Below are positions 1 through 12,860 of a DNA stretch of 64,000 nucleotides, one piece after another (the stretch's first letter is position 1; every line of letters begins with the position of its first letter). The position numbers and the translations under genes were made by a program. The notes beneath the pieces are model-generated. The model saw only the letters and a program-made list of their open reading frames with translations, was not told the DNA's origin and made no database searches. The stretch is from assembly GCA_965655095.1 (NCBI GenBank), contig OZ296649.1:1178001-1242000 (forward strand), read 5' to 3'. This stretch comes from Haplodiscus bocki (lineage: Eukaryota).

Positions 1-3000
1 ACTTCATGGCGAATGAAAGAAAACATCTCGTTGACTTTAGAAACAAGGGTTTGAAAAAATATTCTACACGCAAATTTGATGCTGCCGCAAAACACACTAC
101 TTTCAAGGTTTCGATTCATGGGAAAAAATGAAATCTTTATCCAGTCTCACAAAAACAGCCAAGAAACACATCAGTCTTGCATTCAAAAGATTTCGAGAAA
201 AAGTGAACATGATCAGTCCATGTTAAATTTCACCACAAAATTATCAAATCTTAGCTTTAATGACCTTTGTCTGAGACCTAAGGTTATCCAAATAATGTGA
301 ATGAATAACGAAATGAAGTAATTTGAGATAAGAAATGAATTACGAGTTATCATGACAAAACAAGAGTTTACAAAAATCTTCTTAACCACATTCAATTCTC
401 TGGATAATTACGTTCTCTCTGTCTTTGATGTGGTCCAGAACGATGACTTTTAATTACGATGAAACGATCTATGTGTTTTTTGTAACAAGATATAACATAT
501 AACAACCAAAAGAGATTCATGAACTCCATTCACATAGTTCTCACGACATTTCGGAGTTAGAAGGAAGATTCAAAAAATGTAATTGAGTATTGAATTGACG
601 TTCTTTGGAAAAAAAGTCTTTTTTTGAAGTTCTTTGGAAAGAAGATATTACAAAAATACTTTTTTTACTCTCAATTTTTTGAATGATTACGTTATTTGTG
701 CCTGATTAGTTTCGGAACACTGACTGTTCTTCTGAAAGAGTTCTAACAAATGGGAGAGAGTCGTGCACTTCATTTACAGGGCTCTCATGCCTTTTTTGCT
801 CCTCATGAAGAGATTCTGGTAAATAATATAGGAGAATACCAACAACATCGAAAACTTTAACAAACTTTTTATCTACCTGAAGAGATTGAGACGCATAGAA
901 TTTAGCATTTTTTTGTTTTCATAGCTCTCAAAAAAATCTATCAATTTGCAAGCCTCAAAAGATTTCTTCCATCGTTATCAAGTTTTATGCGATCTTCAAA
1001 TGCACATTACCTTCAAAAGAAAAACGAAGGAAGCTTTGGTGCTTAAAAGCCACAATTTTCAACAAAGGCAACATCTAGAACAGCTAATCTTCAAACAAAG
1101 TTGAACATGTCGCAAAGCAAAGTAATTTTGGTTCGTGACAAATAGAACTATGAACCTCATTAAAACTCAAAATTGAGTTTTATTGACCGTCCGCTGAGCT
1201 CTAAGGTGTTTCAAGTAATGTGAATCAATATTGAAAGATGCTGTTTGAATGAAAGATTGCATCACAAAATATTGATAAAACAAAAGTAGATATAAAAAAA
1301 TTGAAAATTCTAACCTAAGTTTTTGGATGATTACGTTTTCTGTAATTGAATGAGTGTAAAACGTTGACTGGCATTTTTGTCGAATCAGTCTAGGTAAACC
1401 TTAAGAAACAACTTTAACAACTACAAGAGATTCATGAAGTTCAATTATAGAGATCTCACGACTCTTTCTTGCTCCTTTTGAACCGATTGCAGTGAATAAA
1501 ACTGAAGCTTACCGCAATCACCATCAAATTTGACAAAGTCTTTATCTTCCTTAAGAGATTGGCATACATGGAATATAACGAATTCATTATAAATTAATGG
1601 CTTGCAGAACAAAATTTCTATCAGTTTACAGAGATTCCTAAAACGCGCCATCATCAAAAAATACAACATAGTTTTCATCGTCTTGAAGGGAATGGGAATC
1701 AAAGAAGATAGCATCTTAACTAATATTCAACTTTTTTGATGCCTCTCCGGAAAAACTCTCTACCAGATTGAAAACATTCACTTGCAAACCCTTTTATACT
1801 CCATCATTTTTGAAGTTAATGTATTAACCAAGTGCCTTTCTCTCCTGAAATATTGAAGGAATTTTTGGTGATTGAAAGCCAACATTTTTACCGAAGCAAA
1901 AAGATGGAAAATTTATCTAAACGCAAATTTGATATTGCTGCAATAAAAACTAGTTTTGACGATTCGTTTTTTGGGAAAATACCAATAACCTTATTCAAAC
2001 AAAAAAACGGCCAATGAAACAAGTCATTCTGATTCTGCAATCGAAAGACATAGAAATATCGTGAACATGATTGGTCCATGTTCACCACGAAACCCTCAAA
2101 AAGTAGTTCAATTGACGTTTTTTGAGCCGCAAGGGTATTTTAAGTAATGTGAATGAAAAGTAAAACGATGTTATTCGAGATGAAAAAAGAATCGCGTGAT
2201 ATTATGACAAAAAAAAGAAAATTAGAGATTACAGAAAATTTTATGTATTCAATTCAAGTCTATGGATGATTACGTTCTCTTCGTAAATGATATGGTCTAA
2301 AACAAGGACTGGTAAATACGACAAAGGTATCCAGGTGTTTCTTGTGAAAAGTTATAACAACCAGAAGAGATTCATTCACTTCATTCACAGATCTCTCATA
2401 ACTGTTTCTGGAGCTTTGTGAAACAATTCCGGTAAATAGGATAAAGACACTATGACCATAAACTTTAACAAAGTCGTTATTGTTCTGGAAAGAATCGACA
2501 CATAGATTATGTAAATTTGTTGTTTTTTGAAAGCTTGCTGAAAATCATCTAAATCAGTTTGGAAGCAATCACTGGCAAACCTTTAAAAACGCATCAATAT
2601 TGGAGTTTAAAAATCAATCAAGGGCCATTTTCTACTACAGAGAAATTTAAAAACTTCATGGTGAATGAAAGAAAACAACTCGTTGACTTTAGAAACAAGG
2701 GTTTGAAAAATTATTCTACACGCAAATTTGATGCTGCCGCAAAACACACTACTTTCAAGGTTTCGATTCAGGGGAAAAAATGAAATCTTTATCCAGTCTC
2801 ACAAAAACAGCCAAGAAACACATCAGTCTTGCATTCAAAAGAATTCGAGAAAAAGTGAACATGATCAGTCCATGTTAAATTATACCACAAAATTATCAAA
2901 TCTTAGCTTTAATGACCTTTGTCTGAGACCTAAAGTTATCCAAATAATGTGAATGAATAACGAAATGATGTAATTTGAGATAAGAAATGAATTACGAGTT

Positions 3001-6000
3001 ATCATGACAAAACAAGAGTTTACAAAAATCTTCTTTACCACATTCAATTCTGTGGATAATTACGTTCTTTCTGTAATTGATGTGGTCCAGAACGATGACT
3101 TTTAATTACGATGAAACGATCTATGTGTTTCTTGTAACAAGATATAACATATAACAACCAAAAGAGATTCATGAACTCCATTCACATAGTTCTCACGACC
3201 TTTTGGAGTTAGAAGGAAGATTCAAAAAATGTAATTGAGTATTGAATTGACGTTCTTTGGAAAAAAAGTCTTTCACATGACATAGTGACAAAAGGAAAGA
3301 AGATATTACAAAAATACTTTTTTTACTTTCAATTTTTTGAATGATTACGTTATTTGTGCCTGATTAGTTTTGGAACACTGACTGGTCTTCTGAAAGAGTT
3401 CTAACAAATGGGAGAGAGTCGTGCACTTCGTTTACAGGGCTCTCATGCCTTTTTTTGCTCCTCATGAAGAGATTCTGGTAAACAATATAGGAGAATACCA
3501 ACAACATCGAAAACTTTAACAAAATTTTTATCTACCTGAAGAGATTGAGACGCATAGAATTTAGCATTTTTTTGTTTTCATAGCTCTCAAAAAAATCTAT
3601 CAATTTGCAAGCCTCAAAATATTTCTTCCACCGTTATCATGTTTTATGCGATATTCAAGTGCACTTTACATTCAATTGAAAAGCGAAGGAATATTTGGTG
3701 CTTAAAAGCCACAATTTTCAACCAAGGCAACATCTAGAACAGGTAATCTACACACAAAGTTGAACATGTCGCAAAGCAAAGTAATTTCTTTGTTTCAGTT
3801 AATGGAAAATAGAACTATGAACATCATTAAAACTCAAAAAAAATATTCAACGAATTGGGTCAATCTAATTCCACAATCAAAAGATAGAGATGATCTAAAC
3901 ATGGCTAATCCATGTAAAGGCCAAAAACAAAATAGCTCAAAATTGAGCTTTATTGACCGACCGTTGAGCACTAAGGTGTTTCAAGTAACGCGAATCAATA
4001 TTGAAAGACGCTAATTGAATGAAAGATTGCATCACAAGATATTGATAAAACAAAAGTAGATAAAAAAAAATTGAATATTCTAACCCAGGTTTTTTGGACG
4101 ATTACGTTCTCTGTAATAGAATGAGTGTAAAACGTTGACTGGCATTTTTGCCGAATCAGTCTAGGTAAACCTTGAGGAACAATTTTAACAATTAAGAAAG
4201 ATTCGTGCAATTCACTTATAGAAAACGCACGACTCTTTCCTGCTCTTTTTGAACCAATGGCAGCGAATAAAGTTGAAGCTTACCGCTATCACCATCAAAT
4301 TTGACAAAGTCTTTATCTTCCTTAAGAGATTGGGATGCATAGAATTTAGCATTTTTTTTATAATTTCATAGCCCTCAAAAACATCTTTCAATTTGCAAGC
4401 ATCAAAAGATTTCTTCCATCGTTATCAAGTTTTATGCGATCTTCAAGTGCACTTTACATTCAAATAAAAAACGAAGGAAGCTTTGGTGCTTAAAAGCCAC
4501 ACTTTTCAACAAAGGCAACATCTAGAACAGCTAATCTTCAAACAAAGTTGAACATGTCGCAAAGCAAAGTAATTTCGGTTCGTGACAAATAGAACTATGA
4601 ACCTCATTAAAACTCAAAATTGAGTTTTATTGACCGTCCGCTGAGCTCTAAGGTGTTTCAAAAAATGTGAATCAATATTGAAAGATGCTATTTGAATGAA
4701 AGATTGCATCACAAAATATTGATAAAACAAAAGTAGATATAAAAAAATTGAATATTCTAACCTAAGTTTTTTGGATGATTACGTTTTCTGTAATTGAATG
4801 AGTGTAAAACGTTGACTGGCATTTTTGTCGAATCAGTCTAGGTAAACCTTAAGAAACAACTGTAACAATTACAAGAGATTCATGCAGTTCAATTATAGAG
4901 ATCTCACGACTCTTTCTTGCTCCTTTTGAACCAATTGCAGTGAATAAAATTGAAGCTTACCGCTATCATCATCAAATTTGACAAAGTCTTTATCTTCCTT
5001 AAGAGATTGGGATGCATGGAGTATAACAAATTCATTATAAAATCATGGCTTCCAGAACAAAATTTCTATCAGTTTCCAGAGGTTCCTAAAACGCGCCGTC
5101 ATCGAAAACTACAAAAATGTCTTCATCGTCCTGAAGGGAATGGGACTCATAGAATATAGCAATTTAACTAATTTTCAACTTTTTTGATGTCTCTCAGGAA
5201 AAACTCTCTACCAGTTTGAAAACATTCACTGGCAAACATTTTTATCCTCCATCATTTTTGAAGTTAATGTATTAACCAAGTGCTTTTTTCTCCTGAAATA
5301 ATGAAGGAGTTTTTGGTGAGTGAAAGCCAACATTTTTACCGAAGCAAAAAGGTGGAAAATTTATCTAAACGCCAACTTGATATTGCTGCAGTAAAAACTA
5401 GTTTTGACGATTCGTTTTTTGGGAAAATACCAATAACCTTATTCAAACAAAGAAACGGCCCATGAAACAAGTCATTCTGATTCTGCAATCGAAAGACATA
5501 GAAATATCGTGAACATGATTGGTCCATGTTCACCACGAAACCCTCAAAAAGTAGTTCAATTGACGTTTTTTGAGCCGCAAGGGCATTTTAAGTAATGTGA
5601 ATAAAAAGTAAAACGATGTTATTCGAGATGAAAAAAGAATCGCGTGATATTATGACAAAAAAAAAGAAAATTAGAGATTACAAAAAAGTTTATTTATTCA
5701 ATTCAAGTCTATGGATGATTACGTTCTCTTCGTAAATGATATGGTCTAAAACAAGGACTGGTAAATACGACAAAGGTATCCAGGTGTTTCTTGTGAAAAG
5801 TTATAACAACCAGAAGAGATTCATTCACTTCATTCACAGATCTCTCATAACTGTTTCTGGAGCTTTGTGAAACAATTCCGGTAAATGGGATAAAGACACT
5901 ATGACCATAAACTTTAACAAAGTCGTTATTGTTCTGGAAAGAATCGACACATAGATTATGTAAATTTGTTGTTTTTTGAAAGCTTGCTGAAAATCATCTA

Positions 6001-9000
6001 AATCAGTTTGGAAGCAATCACTGGCAAACCTTTCAAAACACTTCAAAATTGGAGTTTAAAAATCAAGCAAGGGCCATTTTCTACGACAGAGAAATTTAAA
6101 AACTTCATGGTGAATGAAAGAAAACATCTCGTTGACTTTAGAAACAAGGGTTTGAAAAATTATTCTACACGCAAGTTTGATGCTGCCGCAAAACACACTA
6201 CTTTCAAGGTTTCGATTCATGGGAAAAAATGAAATCTTTATCCAGTCTCACGAAAACAGCCAAGAAACACATCGGTCTTGCATTCAAAAGAATTCGAGAA
6301 AAAGTGAAGTTGATCAGTCCATGTTAAATTTCACCACAAATTTATCAAATCTTAGCTTTAATGACCTTTGTCTGAGTCCTAAGGTTATCCAAATAATGTG
6401 AATGAAAAACGAAATGATGTAATTTGAGATAAGAAATGAAATACGAGTTATCATGACAAAACAAGAGTTTACAAAAATCTTCTTTACCACATTCAATTCT
6501 CTGGATAATTACGTTCTCTCTGTAATTGATGTGGTCCAGAACGATGACTTTTAATTACGATGAAACGATCTATGTGTTTCTTGTAACAAGATATAACATA
6601 TAACAACCAAAAGAGATTCATGAACTCCATTCACATAGTTCTCACGACCTTTTGGAGTTAGAAGGAAGATTCAAAAAATGTAATTGAGTATTGAATTGAC
6701 GTTCTTTGGAAAAAAGTCTTTCACATGACATAGTGACAAAAGGAAAGAAGATATTACAAAAATACTTTTTTTACTTTCAATTTTTTGAATGATTACGTTA
6801 TTTGTGCCTGATTAGTTTTGGAACACTGACTGGTCTTCTGAAAGAGTTCTAACAAATGGGAGAGAGTCGTGCACTTCGTTTACAGGGCTCTCATGCCTTT
6901 TTTTGCTCCTCATGAAGAGATTCTGGTAAACAATATAGGAGAATACCAACAACATCGAAAACTTTAACAAAATTTTTATCTACCTGAAGAGATTGAGACG
7001 CATAGAATTTAGCATTTTTTTGTTTTCATAGCTCTCAAAAAAATCTATCAATTTGCAAGCCTCAAAATATTTCTTCCACCGTTATCATGTTTTATGCGAT
7101 ATTCAAGTGCACTTTACATTCAAATGAAAAGCGAAGGAATCTTTGGTGCTTAAAAGCCACAATTTTCAACCAAAGCAACATCTAGAACAGGTAATCTACA
7201 CACAAAGTTGAACATGTCGCAAAGCAAAGTAATTTCATTGTTTCAGTTATTGGCAAATAGAACTAAAAACCTCATTAAAGCTCAAAAAAAAAATTCAACA
7301 AATTGGGTCAATCTAATTCCACAATCAAAAGATAGAGATGATCTAAACATGGCTAATCCATGTAAAGGCCAAAAACAAAATAGCTCAAAATTGAGCTTTA
7401 TTGACCGCCCGTTGAGCACTAAGGTGTTTCAAGTAATGCGAATCAATATTGAAAGATGCTATTTGAATGAGAGATCGCATCACAAGATATTGATAAAACA
7501 AAAGTAGCTAAAAAAAATTGAAGATTCTAACCTAAGTTTTTTGGATGATTACGTTTTCTGTAATTGAATGAGAGTAAAACGTTGACTGGCGTTTTTGCCG
7601 AATCAGTCTAGGTAAACCTTGAGAAACAACTTTAACAACTAGGAGAGATTCATGCAATTCAATTATAGAAAACTCACGACTCTTTCTTGCTCTTTTTGAG
7701 CCGATTGCACCGAATAAAATTGAAGCTTACCGCTATCACCATCAAATTTGACAAAGTCTTTATCTTCCTTAAGAGAGTGGGATGCATGTAGTATAACAAA
7801 TTTATTATAAATTCATGGCTTGCAGACCAAAATTTCTATCAATTTCCAGAGGTTCCTAAAACGCGCCATCATCGAAAAATACAAAAAGGTCTTCATCGTC
7901 CTGAAGGGAATGGGACTCATAGAATATAGCAATTTAACTAATTTTCAACTTTTTTGATGTCTCTCAGGAAAAACTCTCTACCAGTTTGAAAGCATTCACT
8001 GGCAAACATTTTTATCCTCCATCATTTCTGAAGTTAATGTATTAACCAAGTGTTTTTTTCTCCTGAAATAATGAAGGAATTTTTGGTGAGTGAAAGCCAA
8101 CATTTTCACCGAAACAAAAAGATGAAAAATTCATCTAAACGCAAATTTGATATTGCTGCAATAAAAACTAGTTTCGACGATTCGTTTTATGGGAAAATAC
8201 CAATAACCTTATTCAAACAAAAAAACGGCCAATGAAACAAGTCATTCTGATTCTGCAATCGGAAGACATAGAAATAATGTGAGCATGATTAGTCCATGTT
8301 CACCACGAAACCCTCAAAAAGTAGCTCAAATGAGCTTTTCTGGGCTGCGAGGGTATTTCAAGCAATGTGAATGAAAAGTAAAACGATGTTATTCGAGATA
8401 AAAAAAATGAATCGCGTGATATTATGACAAAAAAAAACAAATTTAGAGATTACAAGAAATTTTATTTATTCAATTCACGTCTATGGATGATTACGTTCTC
8501 TGTATATGATGTGGTCTAGAAAAAGCACTGGTAAATACGAAAAAGGGATCCAGGTGTTTCTTGTGAAAAGCTACAACAACCAAAGGAGATTCCTTCACTT
8601 CATTCACAGATCTAACATAACTTTTTCCGGAGCTTTCTGAAACAATTCCAGTAAGTAGGATAAAGACACTATGACCATAGAATTTAACAAAGTCTTTATT
8701 GTTCTGAAAAGAATTGACACATAGATTATGTAAATTTGTTGTTTTTTGAAAGCTTGCTGAAAATCATCTAAATCAGTTTGGAAGCAATCACTGGCAAACC
8801 TTTAAAAAATCCGTCAATCTTGGAGTTTAAAAATCAATCAAGTGCCTTTTTCCACTACAGACAAATTGAAAAACTTCATGGTGAATGAAAGAAAACATCC
8901 GGTTGATTTTAGAAACAAGGGTTTGAAAAATTAATCTACACGCAAATTTGATGCTGCAGCAAAACACACGAATTTCAAGGTTTCGATTCATGGGAAAAAA

Positions 9001-9400
9001 AGTGAAAACTTTATCTAGTCTCACAAAAGTAGCCCAAAAACACATCAGTCTTATCTTGCATTCAAAAGAAATCGAGATAAAGTAAACAAGATCAGTCCTT
9101 GTTAAACTTCACCATAAAATTATCAAATCTTAGCTCTAATGACCTTTGTCTGAGACCTAAGGTTATCCAAGTAAAATGAATGAATAATGAAAGGATGTAA
9201 TTTGAGATAAGAAAAGAATTACGAGTTGTCATGACAAAACAAGATTTTACAGAAATCTTCTTTTACCAAATTCAAGTCTATGGATCATTACGTTCTCTCT
9301 GTACTTGATGTGGTCCAGATCGATGACTTTTAATTACGATGAAACGATCTATGTGTTTCTTGCAAAAAGATATAACAACCAAAAAAGATTGAAGAACTTC
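1..9400 (+). repeat. HOR block 1: three related units of 2652, 3449 and ~2771 bp built from rearranged monomers
   Basis: Near-identical ORF translations start at 76/2728/6177 (spacings 2652, 3449), 1832/5280/8050 (3448, 2770) and 3760/7208 (3448). Private junctions such as ggagttagaaggaagattcaaaaaatg (~554, ~3205, ~6654) and ttcctaaaacgcgcc (~1635, ~5083, ~7853) are shared between units. Confidence 0.9.
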
Positions 9401-12400
9401 ATTCAAAGAGCTCTCATGACTACAACTTGAGTTTGTTTGAAAGTTTTCCGGTAAACAAAATGAAGACAAAATTACCATAAATGTTAACAGGATGTTTAAT
9501 GTTTATTGTACGGAAGAGAATGGACGCATATAAATTGTCCAATTTGCAAATTTTTGATAGCTTGCTGAAAACAAAGGTTTGAAAAGTTAGTCTACACGCA
9601 AATTTGATGCTGTTGCAAAGCACAATCGTTTCAAGGTTTCGATTTATGGGAAAAAACCAGAACCTTATCTAAACTCAAAAAGAAACAGCCGAAGAAACAA
9701 GTCATTCTGATTCTGAATCAAAAGACATAAAGGTAACACAAACTTGATTAGGCCATGTATATCTCGCCATAAAAACCTCAACAATTAGCCTCAAATACTA
9801 TTTGTTTGAACTCTATAAGTATTCCAAGTAAGGTCAAAGTATGTTGAAGAGACGTTAATTGATAAACTACATTGAATAACATGATAGTATGACAAAAGAA
9901 AAAAGATAATACAAAACTTTTCTAACCATTATCAAGTCTATGGACAATTATGTTCTCTTTCTAATTGACGTAGTCTAGAGCGGCGACTGGTAATTACGAT
10001 GAACCGATATAGGTGTTTCTTATGAAAAGTTATAAGAAACTGGAAACATTCCTGAGCTTCATCCACAGAGCTCTCATGACTACAACTCGAACTTTTTGAA
10101 AAAAACTCCAGCAAAAACGATAAAAACAAAATCATCATAAAAGGTACTAAGATCTTTTTTGTGCCGAAGAAAATGAACCTCTAGAAGATGTCAAAATTGA
10201 CTTTTTTCCATAGCTTGCTGAAAACATTCTTTATCATTTTAAAAACATTCACTGGCAAACTTTTAAATAATCCATCATTATCAATGTTTATGTATTAAAC
10301 AAGTACCCTTTTGTACTAATGAAAAATCGATGGAATTTTTGGTGAATGAAAGCCAATTATCTGTTCCCTTTAGATACAAAACTTCCAAAGGGCAGTATAG
10401 ACCCAAACTTGATTCTGCCGCAAAACAAACTAATTTCATCGTTTCAATTCAAGAAAAAAACCAATACCTTATCTAAACTCAAACAAAACAGCTGAAGGAA
10501 CAACTCATTCTGATTTGGAAGTCAAAAGACATAGAGATAACACAAACCTGATTATTGCATGTAAATTTCACCACAAAAAACTCAAAAGCAAGCTCTATTG
10601 ACCTTTCTCTGAGCTCTAGGAGTGTTTCACGTAATGTGAATGCATATTAAAATGATGGCATTTGAGATAGAAAATGAATCAGGTGATAATGTGACACAAA
10701 AAAACAGAGTTAACAAAAAAGTTTTTTACTAAACTCTGGACTATGGTTCAATACGTTCTTTTTGTAACTATTGTGATCTAGAACAATGAGTGGTAATTAC
10801 GATGAACCGAACCAGGTGTTTCCTGTGAAAAAGTTATAACAACCCGAATAGCTTCATGAACTTCATTCAAAGAGCTCCCTTGACTACTTTTCGATGTTTT
10901 TCAAAAAATTACGACAAATTGAATCAAGACAATATCACCAAAAAAACTAAAATTTTTATTGTTCTTAAAAGAATGGACGCATGGAATAAGCCAAAATTTT
11001 TGCTTTTCGATAACTTGCTGAAAAAAAAATCTATAACATTTTCAAAAATTCATTGGCAAATCATCAAAAAACTTTCTTTGATTTTGTATATTAGTCAATT
11101 CAATTTTCTTCCTTTGAGAAACTGAAGGATATTTTGGTGAATATTTTTCGAACAAAAACTTTCGAAGTAATAAAAAGGAAAAAATATCTACACGCAAATC
11201 TAAATATGCCGTAAAACAAACAATTTTCAAATTTTTTTCATGGGAACAAACAAACAAACCTTATCTAAACGAAAAAACAGCGGAAAAAACAAGTCATTCT
11301 GATTCTGCAATCAAAAGACATAGACATAATTAAACATGATAAGTCCTTGTGAGAGTTCACCACAAAAACCTCAAAAGATTGCTAGAATGAAGTTTGTCTG
11401 AGCGAGCTTTAAGGTTGTTTCAAGTAACTTGAAAGAAAAGTAAAATGATGTTATTTGAGAGAAAAATTGAATCACGCGACAGTATGACAACAAAAAAAAA
11501 GAAAAATGGAGTTTACACAAAAGTTTTTTTTACTAAATTCATTTTCTTGGATGACTACTTTCTCTCTGTATTTGACGTGGTCTAAAAAGATGACTGGTAA
11601 TTACGATGAACCGATCTAGGCGTTTCTTGTGAAAAGATATTGCAACCAAAGGAGATTCCTGAACTTGAATTACAGGGCTCTTATGACTACTTCTTCAGTT
11701 TCTTCGAAAGCTTCCGGTAATTAGGACAAAACACAGTATCATCCTGAAATCTAACAAGATCTTCACCGTCCTGAAGGTAATGCGAGTTGAAGAATTCAGC
11801 GATTTTACATTTTATTTTTTTCAATAGCTCGCCAAAGACAAATCGTTACCAATTTGAAAACATTCACTATTAAAATTTAAAAAGTTCAACTAGCTTTTAG
11901 TTTTAAATATTAGTCGATTGCATTTTTTGGAATGAAAAATCGAAGGAAAGTTTGGTGAACAAAGGCCAACATTCTCTTTAGAAGCAAGAAACAAACAAGA
12001 ATCACGAGATAATAAGACAAAAAAAAAGAGTTTATAAAAAAGTTATTTCACTAAATTCAAGATTGTGGATGATTAACTTCTCTTAGTAATTGATGTGGTC
12101 TAGAACGATGATTGTTATTTGCAACGAACCGAGCTAAATGTTTCGTGTGGAAAATTACAACAACCAGAAGAGATTCATCAAATTCATTCGCATAGCTCGC
12201 ATGAATGTATCTCCAACTTTTAAAAAAATCTGGTGAATAAGATAAAGACACTATCACCATAAAAGTTAACAATTTGTTTTCTATCGTCGAAGAGAATGGA
12301 CGCGCAGATTATGTCAAAAATAATATATCCTGATGGCTTGCTGAAAATAATCTGTATCTTTTTGAAAACATTCACTGGCAAATCTTTAAGCAATCCGTCA

Positions 12401-12860
12401 TCATTGAAGTTTATGTATTAGCCAAACGCCTTTTTCTAATAATGAAATATCGAAGGAATTTTTGATGAATAAAAGCCAATATTTTTTTCAGAAGCAATAA
12501 GATGAAAAAGTTATCTGCAGGCAAATTTGAATCTGCTGCAATGAAAAAAAAATTCAACGCATCGTTTTATGGGAAAAACCATTAAATCTTATAAAACCGA
12601 AAAAAAAGCCAAAGAAACAAGTCATTCTGTTTCTGCAACCGAAAGACATAAACATATTCTGAACATGATTAGTCCATGTAAATTTTCACAAAAAACCTCA
12701 AAACTTAGCTCTTATTACTTTTTGTTTCAGCTCTAAAAGTATTTCAAATAAGATGAAGGTATATTGAAGTGATGCTAGTTGAAAACTAAATTGAATCACA
12801 TGATTTTACGAAAAAAGAAAATAAGATATTACCAAAATGTTCAAACTATTATTAAGTCTA
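9400..12860 (+). repeat. Diverged monomeric layer containing two internally deleted monomers
   Basis: Landmarks at ~9595, 10400, 11190 and 12520 have no near-identical partner nearby. Spacings of 656 and 1330 bp imply deletions of ~150 bp (junction ~9570) and ~280 bp (junction ~11990). Confidence 0.8.

Noticed and set aside
599-645. Small local duplications (gttctttggaaa at ~599/629; atctaa at ~14035; acatgcacatg at ~32967 and ~37807)
   Set aside because: Ordinary slippage products, useful only as lineage markers.
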